Source of the DNA: Candidatus Latescibacterota bacterium
Lineage (GTDB): Bacteria > Latescibacterota > UBA2968
Direction of reading: 5' to 3'
DNA: 64,000 bases
Assembly: GCA_965207885.1 (NCBI GenBank)
Contig: OZ242311.1
Location: 576,001 to 640,000, forward strand
Position numbers and translations under genes: made by a program. Shown here in pieces: positions 37,016 to 47,228 of this stretch. The notes under the pieces are model-generated. The model was not told where the DNA came from and did no database searches. It saw only the letters and a list, made by a program, of their open reading frames with translations. Each line of letters opens with the position of its first letter. The stretch's first letter is position 1.

Positions 37016-40000
37016 CGCCGCCTCCCGGCCAGTGATGGCTTGGCGACAATGCGTGCGATAATTGCCTCGCGAACCTCTCGATCATTCCCTTTTCCCACGC
37101 CCGATGGCTCGTACAGATAGAGGGGTTCTGAGATGTGTACGGGTTTCTCGGCCATCTCTACAATCGGCAACATGTACGCCCAATCGTTGGGAATATCGAT
37201 GTATTCCCCGTCGAGCCGCAAGGCGTCGTCCGGAATGGCATCGAAAAGATATTTCTTGAATGATCGCAGATGCTGCCAGACATTGCCGCCACCCCGCCGC
37301 TCGCGTGACCGGTCAAAACATACGGGATAGTCCTTTGCCTTGTCGGTTCGCAACATCGATCCGACAGTCACATCAGCCCCTCTTGCGTATTCCGTCGCCA
37401 GTCGCGCCAAGACTCGGTCACCGATCAAGGCGTCGTCCGCGTCGAGCGTAACGATGACTGAGTCAGGATTCGTGCATACTGTCCTGATGGCGGTCACCAT
37501 ATTGGCCAGCAATCCCCGGCGATGCCGGTTGCGAATGATCGTGCAACGCTCCCTGAGTGCTTCCCAGGCACTGTCCAAATGTTCGGCGAATATCACATCC
37601 GAGGCGTCGTCAAAAACTACCGTCCCCCATCGTTCGTCTTTTTGCCGGAGCATAGATTCGATACAACGACGAAGCCTGCCCGCCGGTACATTACGCCCCG
37701 AGACCACAAAGACGAATGGCTCGCGTCGGTTCGGTTTCATCCAATCAGCATAGGTTCCGGTCAAATCACACTTGCCTTTCTGAACATCCGGCACTGCACC
37801 ATGTTCGACGCGATCGAGCACGGCGAACCACTCCTCAATGTTGCGCTTGCGCGTATTGGGCGGATGGATATAGAAAGTCCGACGATCACCGCCGCGATAA
37901 GATCTACCTGCGCCGGTACGAATTGCCAGATCCAAAGCCCTGTACCAGGTGCGTGCCAAACGACCTTCATGGAGCCAGTTTGGCAATGGCCGTGCATCGC
38001 GGAGTCTATCGAGATTGATCAGTCCGGCGCGTACTTCTGTACGCCAGGGGGCAGACTGATCACTCGCGGTGTTGGTGTAGGGTCGGTCATGCGCCATCGC
38101 AATGTTAAACGATACGGTAAGTGCCTTGGGATCATCTGCCATCACTGCCAGAATGTCGGCCAGATAATCGTGGGTACGATCCAGTCTGCCGATCAGGACA
38201 TCGGCATCCAACTGAAGAACGTATCGCGTCTTGCAGGCCTCGAATCCCTTGAGTGTCGAAGCGATTTGAGGCCCACTTGCTACATGCGCTTTTGGACAGG
38301 GAACCCCGAACCATCTCTGGTGCAAAAGGGCTGTCGTCTCGCCATCATCAGGGCCATTGACGATTCGGTCAATCCACCCGGCTTCAACCAGGCGGTGCGC
38401 CGCGTTACGCAGATCGCGCAGGTTTCCATTGGCGTATTGTCGGAGGAATCCGTTCTCGCGGGAGTCAAGCACCAGAAGTCGCTCTGAAAACGCCCTCGGT
38501 TCTTCCAGTTGCGAAATGATATGGCGAACCTGTATATCGAGCGTATCTGCTTCCATGGCACACGCCTTGATCATCAAGGTGACTTCGCCGGAGAGTGGTG
38601 CCATAGGCCTGAGTTCGTATGCCAACTGCTCTGAAGCGGGTTCGAATCGCTCCAAATCAACCGTTGGTACTTCCACTCGTCGGCAGATCGCCAGACCCGC
38701 ACGAGCAAATTCGCGCCGTAACGTCCGTTCGGGCCGATGTGCGTGGCGGCGCACCCGACCCGTTGCGCGTAGTTTTTTTTCATATACGAAAGTGCTCTCG
38801 TATTGGGCACCGTCCGGCAGATCGTGATCGGCCTCCGGAGTCGAGCCTCCAAATTTGAAATGCGGATCGCACATTGTCACGATAACCCGACCGCGCTCGG
38901 TTACCAGGGTCCGCAGATCACCGAGAATTGTTTGCAATTCTGTATCATTCTCAATGGTGCATAACACGCGACGACACACCGCGATATCGAACAGTTCAGC
39001 TTTCAGCAGGTCGCTCCGCTCATGCGTAAACCGCAGATTGTCTTTTCCCTGGCAAAGCAAATTCCAGTGTGGTCGGCGCGTGTAATCGGGATCGTAGCCC
39101 AAAATCTGCATCCCCCGATCTGCGAACTCTTTGGACAGCCACCCGTTCCCACAACCATAGTCGAGGACGCGCCCAGCCTGTCCAACCATTTCGAGAACGA
39201 CGTCTTCTTGGGCTTTATGTTGCCCCGTCACTCTGCGAACCGCTTCGTAAAACCAATCAAATCCGTCAAGTTCAGGTATTTCTGGATTATCCAATGCTCT
39301 GCGTGCAATTTTTTTGAAATTGGTGGAGCCGCGGTTCGCCCAGCGATACGATAGATAAGCTCGCTGACACATCTTTACAAATTCGCGCTTCCTGTCAAAC
39401 TTTTCACCTTCTGGAGGGTGGATGTCCGAATGGATGTCTGAGCCGTAATCGATTAATCGCACCCGCCCATCTACTACCCGCAGATTGTTGGGATCAATGT
39501 TGCGGTGGAAAATGCCATGCCGCCAACATTCAGCGAGGAGTGTGACCATGCCCGGTCCATATCCACCGGCGTACGGTTCACTCTCCTCGAATGGATAGAT
39601 CAGTACCGCACGATGTCCAGATTCATGGAAACTGAGGATTGGATATAGACAGTGCGTATCATTATAGGCACCAACGAGGGTACGCAGAAAGGCGGGGGCA
39701 GTAACTTCAGGCGACGATTTCCACCAGTAATCGAATACTTTAAAAACGTGCTTCCCATCGCTGAGGGCCACGCCTTCCTTACCTGATCCCAATACTTTGA
39801 GCGATCCAGCGGGTGCGGCCAGCCGCGCAGCGATGGCCTTGGCATTTGCTCTTCGCTCGCCCTCGAGTCCGCGGCTGGCCAGGGTTTCATAGTTCGAGAG
39901 CCTTTTCCGATGTTGTTTAATCTCTATCGGCAGTTGCCGCAAAAACTTACAGATTTGGCGAATATTCAGTGCTCTGGCTTCGCGTTCGATGCGGTTCAAC

Positions 40001-42288
40001 TTATCCACTTCGTAGCAATCAGTTAGGTGATCAGAGAACGTTCGGAGTTGCTTGATCGCGGCTCGATACTTCTTGTCTTCTCTCCACCAGACCTCCTTTT
40101 TATCCGCGAGGCATCGCAGGATACGCGTTAGGCCGCGGATGCGATGAAAAGAAAGGCGAAACGCCGACAACCGTTCTTCGACATATTTGCCCACGCATGC
40201 GACGAAGTCTTCGGTCATTTCCTCAGACAGTACGAGGCTCAGGTCATCTGTTTTTGTAAAAATGCCTGGAAAATCCTGGAGTGCCGAGAACATCCCATAG
40301 CCGCGAATATCATCAACGATACGCTCGATATCCAACTCGCCAACGGGTAGGTGGGATCGGTCGTGATACAGGGCAATCGGCACGGTGACGATATGGCGAT
40401 TGAAATAGTGTTTTTGTAGCAGTGCCCATATCATGTCAGAGCGACGGCTCGGCCGCTCGTCAATGGTTGGTGAGGAGTTGGGTGCCAGTCTCAGTGCTTC
40501 GACGTCAAACACGAAGGTATTACCGCCACGCTGAAGATCGTCACTGATCGATTCTAAGGGATTGATACCATTCTCAATCGCAAGGGGCCGGAAGACTTGT
40601 TCACCGGCCAGTATGCGCTCGGCTGCGCTGGCGATGCGAGTGAATGCCTCTGCAACGGTTTCTTTGGGAAATGCTGGAGTAATCCAGAACGGCATTTCTA
40701 ACTGATCGGTTTTTTTGCGCGACAGATCGTAATAGTAGTCGCACTGACCGACTCGCAGTGTCGCGTTCTCCAAGCCGCGGTCCGGCAAGACAGCCTGCGA
40801 ATCCTGGGTCGCCAGCCAATGCAGCGATGCAACCAGATCAACGAGTTGAACCCGTACGGTCGCCGCAAACGGTAGCGGAGGCGCACCAGTGTACGCTCCG
40901 AAGACAATATCGACAACACGGCTGGCGCGAAGCCGCCGAAGCTCCCGTAGCAATGGTACGAGTTCTTGGGCACGCCGCTGCAACTCGCCGTTTTCGTCAA
41001 TGACGAGCGGATCTAAGCGCATATCGTCATCCACGATCCACACTATTGATCCGGGCCGGTTCTTGCCGAACGCATACAGATACGTCTGTAGCACCGTTCG
41101 GGCGTCGGCTATGAACAATTTTCTACCATGGCTTGCGCCGCGGTCAAGAACCAGTCCACTCCTGGAATCTTCAATATGCTGTTCGCGATCTACAAGATGG
41201 ATACGCAGGCCAAGATTGCGCTCATTCTCGACGAGGTTCCGCAAATCTTCACAGGATGTCTGATCGCAACCGTTCTCTAAAATCAGGACATCAAGGCCCG
41301 ACAGCCCGGGATCCTCGGCGAGTCCGCGAAGGTCGACGAGTAGATGGCGAATCGCTTCGGGTTGCGCCGTGTCGACGATCATGCCGACGATCAGATGGGG
41401 TGGAGATTGGCGTGGTGCTGCCCCCTCTATACGAGATGACGCAACGCGGCGTGCTGGCATATTTATGGTAAGCTCAAACGCCGATTCGTTTATCCCGAAC
41501 AATCGCTCAGCGCGCGTCCAGAACTCTGTACGCTGAGCATTGGACATGCGGCCGCGGTACTTGCGGAAGAATCGGATGAGTCCCCCGGTTTTTGCTGGCG
41601 ATCCCGGTGTTGACAACCGAGGCCGCGACTGGGAGGCGAAATGATGAACCGTTGGCTCGGTAGTAATGCCGTAGCGCACGCCGGGCAATTCTGCGATGCG
41701 GATGCACAGATCGCGGTCCGTACAACTCGGCAACGATTCGTCGAACAGGCCAGCTTCGAGTAGGACGCTCAACCGGCACACGAGGTTGCTGCCCTGGATT
41801 CCCGGATTTCCCACCAGAAAACTCGCCACTTCGAGTGATCGCGGCGGAACTATCAACTGCGCCTCGGCGTTCTCCTCAATCCGCTGGAACGGTGCCGCTA
41901 CCATGTCGAGACCATGGTTTTTGGCGGCTTCCAAACATCTCTTCAGATGGCGCGGGTCCCAACGGTCATCGTCGTCCAGGATCGCAACATAGAGTTGTGT
42001 GGGGTCGTTGCACGTCCGAAGCAGATGATCCAGGCCGGAGTTCCACGCCCCAGCCGCTCCTTTCGTGCGACGGTTGCGAAGAAAATCCACGTTGATGCCA
42101 GCCGGTTGCCAATTGCGTACCAATTGTTCAGACCGCTCAGCGTCATCGTCACCCGAGTCATCAACCACGATTACCCGCGATGGCGTCCGGTATTGGTTTT
42201 TGATAGAGGGAAGAGCCCGAGCCTTCAAGAGGTCGGTTCGGTGGGCTGTGGCGACAAGAACTGCCACGGTACTTTTTGAAGAATACAT
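37012..42288 (-). CDS. 1758-aa multidomain protein: GT2, GT-A-like, kinase-like, SAM methyltransferase, GT-A-like, GT2
   Basis: VVDDS/AWNSG/LDDDD; IVDDDM; LGSGKEG...K...HRNIDPNN...IDYG; LDYGCGNG; QLDADV; FDDAS/LDADD. Confidence 0.85.
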   Translation of the reverse strand: MYSSKSTVAVLVATAHRTDLLKARALPSIKNQYRTPSRVIVVDDSGDDDAERSEQLVRNWQPAGINVDFLRNRRTKGAAGAWNSGLDHLLRTCNDPTQLYVAILDDDDRWDPRHLKRCLEAAKNHGLDMVAAPFQRIEENAEAQLIVPPRSLEVASFLVGNPGIQGSNLVCRLSVLLEAGLFDESLPSCTDRDLCIRIAELPGVRYGITTEPTVHHFASQSRPRLSTPGSPAKTGGLIRFFRKYRGRMSNAQRTEFWTRAERLFGINESAFELTINMPARRVASSRIEGAAPRQSPPHLIVGMIVDTAQPEAIRHLLVDLRGLAEDPGLSGLDVLILENGCDQTSCEDLRNLVENERNLGLRIHLVDREQHIEDSRSGLVLDRGASHGRKLFIADARTVLQTYLYAFGKNRPGSIVWIVDDDMRLDPLVIDENGELQRRAQELVPLLRELRRLRASRVVDIVFGAYTGAPPLPFAATVRVQLVDLVASLHWLATQDSQAVLPDRGLENATLRVGQCDYYYDLSRKKTDQLEMPFWITPAFPKETVAEAFTRIASAAERILAGEQVFRPLAIENGINPLESISDDLQRGGNTFVFDVEALRLAPNSSPTIDERPSRRSDMIWALLQKHYFNRHIVTVPIALYHDRSHLPVGELDIERIVDDIRGYGMFSALQDFPGIFTKTDDLSLVLSEEMTEDFVACVGKYVEERLSAFRLSFHRIRGLTRILRCLADKKEVWWREDKKYRAAIKQLRTFSDHLTDCYEVDKLNRIEREARALNIRQICKFLRQLPIEIKQHRKRLSNYETLASRGLEGERRANAKAIAARLAAPAGSLKVLGSGKEGVALSDGKHVFKVFDYWWKSSPEVTAPAFLRTLVGAYNDTHCLYPILSFHESGHRAVLIYPFEESEPYAGGYGPGMVTLLAECWRHGIFHRNIDPNNLRVVDGRVRLIDYGSDIHSDIHPPEGEKFDRKREFVKMCQRAYLSYRWANRGSTNFKKIARRALDNPEIPELDGFDWFYEAVRRVTGQHKAQEDVVLEMVGQAGRVLDYGCGNGWLSKEFADRGMQILGYDPDYTRRPHWNLLCQGKDNLRFTHERSDLLKAELFDIAVCRRVLCTIENDTELQTILGDLRTLVTERGRVIVTMCDPHFKFGGSTPEADHDLPDGAQYESTFVYEKKLRATGRVRRHAHRPERTLRREFARAGLAICRRVEVPTVDLERFEPASEQLAYELRPMAPLSGEVTLMIKACAMEADTLDIQVRHIISQLEEPRAFSERLLVLDSRENGFLRQYANGNLRDLRNAAHRLVEAGWIDRIVNGPDDGETTALLHQRWFGVPCPKAHVASGPQIASTLKGFEACKTRYVLQLDADVLIGRLDRTHDYLADILAVMADDPKALTVSFNIAMAHDRPYTNTASDQSAPWRTEVRAGLINLDRLRDARPLPNWLHEGRLARTWYRALDLAIRTGAGRSYRGGDRRTFYIHPPNTRKRNIEEWFAVLDRVEHGAVPDVQKGKCDLTGTYADWMKPNRREPFVFVVSGRNVPAGRLRRCIESMLRQKDERWGTVVFDDASDVIFAEHLDSAWEALRERCTIIRNRHRRGLLANMVTAIRTVCTNPDSVIVTLDADDALIGDRVLARLATEYARGADVTVGSMLRTDKAKDYPVCFDRSRERRGGGNVWQHLRSFKKYLFDAIPDDALRLDGEYIDIPNDWAYMLPIVEMAEKPVHISEPLYLYEPSGVGKGNDREVREAIIARIVAKPSLAGRRR

Positions 42289-42290
42289 CT

Positions 42291-42486
42291 TTTCCTCCTA
42301 TGATGTCAAGGAGTGATTAACTACATATCATCCGTCCACCAAGAGCAGAAGAGCTTTCGACTGGCGTCGAGTCTGGAGGAAATATCTACATCATAAGAAT
42401 CTCTTTCAGGCCACACTCAACCGTCTCGTGCGGTTAGATGATATGACGAATGAAAAAAGAATAGAGAAAGCCAGGTAGATTGGCAA
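42291..42486 (-). promoter_or_regulatory. Sigma70-like promoter and structured 5' leader of the 1758-aa gene
   Basis: TTGCCA (42486-42481)-17-TATTCT; 9-bp closing stem 42437-42445/42324-42332; two internal hairpins; anti-SD segments. Confidence 0.55.
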
Positions 42487-42516
42487 GTGTTTTTTAGATT
42501 ATATGCATATCTGCGC

Positions 42517-44055
42517 TCAATCTTCCACGGGTCCAGCATAAGGCGCGTGTTCGAATCGACAGGGCGATTCGACGAGGCGTGGGTCGCTTTGTTCGCGCAG
42601 GATTTGCATGAGTGTGGTGGAGAGTTCTTTGCGGATGGGGTCGTATTCGGGGTCGGCGGCGATGTTGTTCATGTAGTGCGGGTCCACGCGCAGGTCGTAG
42701 AGTTCTTCCTGGGGACGTTTGCCAAAGCCGATTTCGAATAGTTCCTGTACGTCTTGTTCTGCGCGGTGGAGGATCATATAGGATTTTGTGGGGCTGGCAT
42801 CCATGTCGGGATAGGCGATGAAGGTTTTCCCTGTCAGGTCTTCAGCCGAGGGGGCTTCTGCATGGAGGTCGTCGAGTCCTTGAGGATCGCCCATGGGCCA
42901 GCGGTCGGGTGCAAAGTTGTGGATGTAGAGAAAGTCGGCCGTGCGGATGGCGCGTTGCGGGTAGGGTAGCTGGCCTTCTCTTGCGGTGCCAACGTGCCGT
43001 TCCCGGCCGGTGATGACAAAGGTGCGGTCGGGATCGACCAGGCCGCTCTGGTCGCTTTTGAGAACGGGGAGCAGGCTTTTGCCGGTCATGGTATCGGGGA
43101 TGTCTGCGCCTGCGGCTTCGAGGAATGTGGGGGCGAGGTCCATGAGGTTGACAAAGTCTTCAACGGTGCGTCCCGCAGGGATGTTGTTGGGCCAGCGCGC
43201 GGCGAGGGTGACTTCACAGCCGATGTCGTAGAGGTTGCATTTGCCGCGTGGAAAGCCCGGTATGCCGTGGTCGCCGCTGACGACGATGAGGGTGTTGTCG
43301 AGTTCGCCGATTTCTTCGAGGCGCTGGATCAAGACGCCCAGGCCAGCGTCAACGGCCTGACATTCGCCCAGGTAGTCGGCTACGTCTTCGCGGATGTCGT
43401 GTACATCGGGGAGGAAGTCGGGTAAGCGGCCTTTGAGGTCGTCGGGTTCTAAACCCCACACAGCTTTGCCGGAGCCGCGTTCCCAGGAGCGGTGGGTGTT
43501 GGTGGGTCCCCACCAGTAGCAGAAGGGTGTGTTCTCTGGACGGGCGTCGAGGAATGCGTTGAAGTTGTCGCGGGTTTCGTTCAGGAGGGCTTGTTTGGCG
43601 CCTTCAACGCCCAGTTCATCGGCGTTTTTGGTTACCCAGTGGGAGAATCTGCGGTAGTTGTTGCCGGCAGATTCATAGCGGGTTCGGTCGGCGCCATACG
43701 GTGCGTTGGCGGCTTTTCCGGGGGACCAGACTTTGTAGGTATAGCCGATGTGGTATCCGGCTTTTTCGAGTTCGAGGGGGTAGGTGGGGATGCTTTCGTC
43801 CCATATCGCACCTTGTAAGATGGCGCCGAGGCCGGTTTGCCAGAAGTATTGTCCAGAGAGGATGGCGCTTCGGCAGGGGGTGCAACTCGGCGCGGGTACA
43901 AAGGCGTTGGTGAATAACGCGCCTTCGCGGGCGATGCGGTCAAAGTTGGGGGTGTCGATGAGGTGATTGAGAGAGTTGGGGCCTTCAATGCGCTGATAAG
44001 CACTGGCATAACGCCCCCAGTCGTCGGCAAAAGCAAAGAGGATGTTGGGTTGCAT
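42517..44055 (-). CDS. Sulfatase (formylglycine-dependent)
   Basis: PNILFAFADD, CTPCR and GDHG. Confidence 0.93.
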   Translation of the reverse strand: MQPNILFAFADDWGRYASAYQRIEGPNSLNHLIDTPNFDRIAREGALFTNAFVPAPSCTPCRSAILSGQYFWQTGLGAILQGAIWDESIPTYPLELEKAGYHIGYTYKVWSPGKAANAPYGADRTRYESAGNNYRRFSHWVTKNADELGVEGAKQALLNETRDNFNAFLDARPENTPFCYWWGPTNTHRSWERGSGKAVWGLEPDDLKGRLPDFLPDVHDIREDVADYLGECQAVDAGLGVLIQRLEEIGELDNTLIVVSGDHGIPGFPRGKCNLYDIGCEVTLAARWPNNIPAGRTVEDFVNLMDLAPTFLEAAGADIPDTMTGKSLLPVLKSDQSGLVDPDRTFVITGRERHVGTAREGQLPYPQRAIRTADFLYIHNFAPDRWPMGDPQGLDDLHAEAPSAEDLTGKTFIAYPDMDASPTKSYMILHRAEQDVQELFEIGFGKRPQEELYDLRVDPHYMNNIAADPEYDPIRKELSTTLMQILREQSDPRLVESPCRFEHAPYAGPVED

Positions 44056-44088
44056 GGGTTCTCCATTTTTGGTGTGGATGTTGAAAGT

Positions 44089-45435
44089 CTATTTCAGTGT
44101 CGCGTATTTGGCCGCGCCTTCGCCTGCGATGAGGCCATACGCGAGGCCCATGCACAGGCCGCCTGTGTAGCCCCGGGTGTAGATGCCGCCGCAATCGGCA
44201 CCGGCTGCGTAGAGGCCCGGGATGGGGTGGTCGTTTTTGTTCAGGACTTGTGCCTGGGCATTGACTTTGGCTCCGCCGTAGGTAAAGGTGATGCCGGGGC
44301 GTGTGCGGATGGCGTAATAGGGCGGTGTGTTGAGGGGGATGAGGCCGCCGGTTTTTGGTATTGAGAGGGTTTGGCCGTTGCCTGTGGCGCATGCGGTTGC
44401 GTATTCGGCCATTGTTTTTTCGAATGTGTGGGCAGGGATGTGCCAGCGATTGGTCAATGCGCGGGTGAGTTCTTCAAGGGATGGTGTTTCGATGACTTCG
44501 CCGCCTGCTTCGCGGATGTTTTTGACGCGGTCGTTGTCCGGGGTGGGCCATTGGGAGAGTGCGTTCTGGTTGTCGCGGATGTGCTGGTCAAAGATGAGTA
44601 TGGCGGTGGCCTGGGGTTGTTGGACGAGGGTGTGGCAGGTGACTTCGTCGCCGAGATATTCGTCGTCGAATCGCTGGCCTTTGAGGTTGATTAAGATGGC
44701 GTATTCGCTGAAGTCGGGTTTGACTTTGAGGAAGTTGTGCAGGCCGACTCGTGCGGGTGGTGCGGGAAGGAGGTGGCCGTAGAAGCGGTTGAGGGGTCCT
44801 GTGGATTGCGCCCCTGCTTCGAGTGCGCTTTGAAAGCCGCCGCCGGTGTTTTGGGGTACGCCGCGGACGATCATGTGATCGGATTCTGCGCCGAAGTATT
44901 GCGCGCGCAATTTGGGGTTGGCCTGATATCCGCCGGTTGATAGGATGACGGATTGGGCTGTTATTTCTTTATGTGTGGTTTTGACGCCTGTGATAGGTTT
45001 GCCGCTGCCGCCGATGAGGCCGGTCAGGCCAGTGTGTGTGAGGATGGTACCGCCCCTGTGCTGGAACTGATAGCCGAGGATTTCCATTGCGGTGCGCGCA
45101 TCGGGTGTGAACTGGTAGATGGTGCGTTGAAATTTGTACGGTTTGTCTTCGCGCGCTTGTAGGGATACGCCCTGTTTGCGGAGCCATTCGATGCCTGTGT
45201 CGAAGCGGTCGATGAGCGCGGTGCCGAGTGCGGTGTCGCCATTGGGCTGCACTTTGAGCCATTCGTCGATGTTTTTTGCACACCAGATGGTGCCGCCCGA
45301 TGCGGCTGCAGATCCGCCGATTGTTTCGGCTTTTTCGATGATGGCTACGGATGCGCCTTTTTCCCGAGCGCGCAACGCCGCACACAATCCACCTATGCCC
45401 GCGCCCGCTACTATGACGTCGTAATGGTCAGACAT
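44089..45435 (-). CDS. FAD-dependent oxidoreductase (fumarate reductase flavoprotein/TcuA-like)
   Basis: GAGIGG, STGGY, TFTYGG and GLYAAG. Confidence 0.88.
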   Translation of the reverse strand: MSDHYDVIVAGAGIGGLCAALRAREKGASVAIIEKAETIGGSAAASGGTIWCAKNIDEWLKVQPNGDTALGTALIDRFDTGIEWLRKQGVSLQAREDKPYKFQRTIYQFTPDARTAMEILGYQFQHRGGTILTHTGLTGLIGGSGKPITGVKTTHKEITAQSVILSTGGYQANPKLRAQYFGAESDHMIVRGVPQNTGGGFQSALEAGAQSTGPLNRFYGHLLPAPPARVGLHNFLKVKPDFSEYAILINLKGQRFDDEYLGDEVTCHTLVQQPQATAILIFDQHIRDNQNALSQWPTPDNDRVKNIREAGGEVIETPSLEELTRALTNRWHIPAHTFEKTMAEYATACATGNGQTLSIPKTGGLIPLNTPPYYAIRTRPGITFTYGGAKVNAQAQVLNKNDHPIPGLYAAGADCGGIYTRGYTGGLCMGLAYGLIAGEGAAKYATLK

Positions 45436-45595
45436 CCTATTTCTCCTGTGAATATCAGGATGCATCCTATTGAGAGGAAGAAGATAATATTACCATTCGA
45501 GTAGCGGAATAGTTTCCTCTTCTCTTATAAGTGGAACATGAGTACGCACATCCCAGGGAAGAATCTGATGATCCGAAATATATGAAGCCCGGAAA

Positions 45596-47146
45596 CTAGG
45601 CCAATTCAAAACTTTTAACTGCGCTGTGTTCCTCGTCAGTGGCATTTGCGCGAATGATTACATCCCCGAGTTTGTGTTTATTGCCAGTGTAAAGGTGAGG
45701 CAGAGTGATTTCAGATACCCAGATATGTTCCGGCATATTCTCGAATCTCTGTTCAATTTCTGGAGTTAATGTTGTATGGCCATCTTGAACCAGACTATCA
45801 ATATATTGTCTATAGGATTCTTTTGTTTGAAGCAGCGTTCGACTTACGATTTTGCCGGATTGTTGAGCTAATCTTTTAAGCCAAATAGGGGGATGTTGTA
45901 TTTTTGTGATTTTGATAAGAAATTGGGTAATCCTTACCGCTATCCCTTCTGCCCAAAGGCCCGAGAACTGCACACCAGAAGGTACTATGGCAACTGCTAT
46001 TCTGGCGTGTAAGTTCGGATTTTTTGACGGAACAAGGAAATTTCTCAACATATCAGATGGCAAAGTCAAGTACATACCAAAATTATCATCATTGATGATA
46101 TAGTGTCCAGTCCATCCAGTAGCTGGGATATAAGGTTGCGCTTGCAATCCACTATATCCGACTCGGGCTTCAGGTTCCCACCGGTCGGAATTGAGTGTAT
46201 GTCCTAAAACGGAAACCACATGGTTAATTATTTCATTACGAGAATCCCGACCTTCTATTCCCAATATCACGGGACAGGCAGACTCGACAAATGGATAGAT
46301 AAATTGGTCGTATTCCACGGAAGTGTCTTGTACAAAATCTGCTGATATTGTTCTCCCACCCAATTGGCTAACAACGTCTTCTAACTCTTGTTGACCCAAG
46401 CCTCTTTTGGTTCTTGGGGGATCACTGTCTATATGGCCTACGCATTTTTCAGGGCTGCTGAAGTCAATTCCCAGAATCTCATTGATCTTTCGATTTGTGA
46501 GCTTTTCAGAGGTAACCGTATCTGAGCTATTTATGGCCATTCGCAAGGCGGCATGAGCACAGACATGGGTAAGGTTATTTTGTTGGGCAAAAAAACTGCC
46601 CGGCAGAGTAAAGGTTCTCGATTTTTCTTTTGTGCCGATGTGTGTTTCAAAATTTCTTCTGTTATGTACGTAGTAATTTGTGATGGGTTCAATGGAAATC
46701 CGGTCTTCTGTATCTCGCACCCAGATGGAGGGGGGACGAACCACGGATTCCAATAGGTATGTTGTATATTTGTCACCCGGTAGTTCAAGCGTTGCTATCA
46801 CAGCGTAACCCAGGAGATGGTCGTCCAGTAACTTATCTGGATCGTTCCATTTTAGGGGAGAAGGCAATGACCGAAAGAATGTCAGGCGTGTCGCAGTGAG
46901 GCTTACCTTTTGTTTACATCGCTCAGCGGCCATATCCTGTTCTTCTAACAATTCCTCGTTTAATTCCAATTCCTCTCTGATAAACGATTTGACCTTCATC
47001 TTTCTCATTAGCGTACATAGACGGTTCATAGGGTCTGATCCGATATTGCTTTTCGGATGCCAGATATCTTCCACAAGTTGATAAAACGAGAAGGGTACTT
47101 GGCATGATTCCAGTAGTTTTTGTTCTTTTGCGAAGGCGTCTTTCAT
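45596..47146 (-). CDS. Papain-like (C39-type) peptidase-domain protein, C-terminus probably truncated
   Basis: QQ...VCAHAAL, HVVSVLGH and INDDNFG triad. TAG at 45596-45598 sits where W would give LAWFPG, and the frame stays open after it. Confidence 0.6.
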   Translation of the reverse strand: MKDAFAKEQKLLESCQVPFSFYQLVEDIWHPKSNIGSDPMNRLCTLMRKMKVKSFIREELELNEELLEEQDMAAERCKQKVSLTATRLTFFRSLPSPLKWNDPDKLLDDHLLGYAVIATLELPGDKYTTYLLESVVRPPSIWVRDTEDRISIEPITNYYVHNRRNFETHIGTKEKSRTFTLPGSFFAQQNNLTHVCAHAALRMAINSSDTVTSEKLTNRKINEILGIDFSSPEKCVGHIDSDPPRTKRGLGQQELEDVVSQLGGRTISADFVQDTSVEYDQFIYPFVESACPVILGIEGRDSRNEIINHVVSVLGHTLNSDRWEPEARVGYSGLQAQPYIPATGWTGHYIINDDNFGMYLTLPSDMLRNFLVPSKNPNLHARIAVAIVPSGVQFSGLWAEGIAVRITQFLIKITKIQHPPIWLKRLAQQSGKIVSRTLLQTKESYRQYIDSLVQDGHTTLTPEIEQRFENMPEHIWVSEITLPHLYTGNKHKLGDVIIRANATDEEHSAVKSFELA

Positions 47147-47172
47147 AGGCGGATCCTTATTTTTTCACATCA

Positions 47173-47201
47173 AAAAAGCCTCGTAAACACACGAGGCTTT
47201 T
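47173..47201. terminator. Bidirectional terminator
   Basis: AAAAGCCTCGT-loop-ACGAGGCTTTT. Confidence 0.7.
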
Positions 47202-47228
47202 GATTTTTGGCTATAAGTTAATAATGAC

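Noticed and set aside
42365-42415. Glycine riboswitch suggested by CTGGAG...TTTCAGG on the plus strand
   Set aside because: Lacks the CCGAAG core, and no plus-strand gene follows.
37012-42486. Retron, given an inverted-repeat-bounded RNA upstream of an operon
   Set aside because: No reverse transcriptase (YADD-type) domain is recognisable anywhere in the window.
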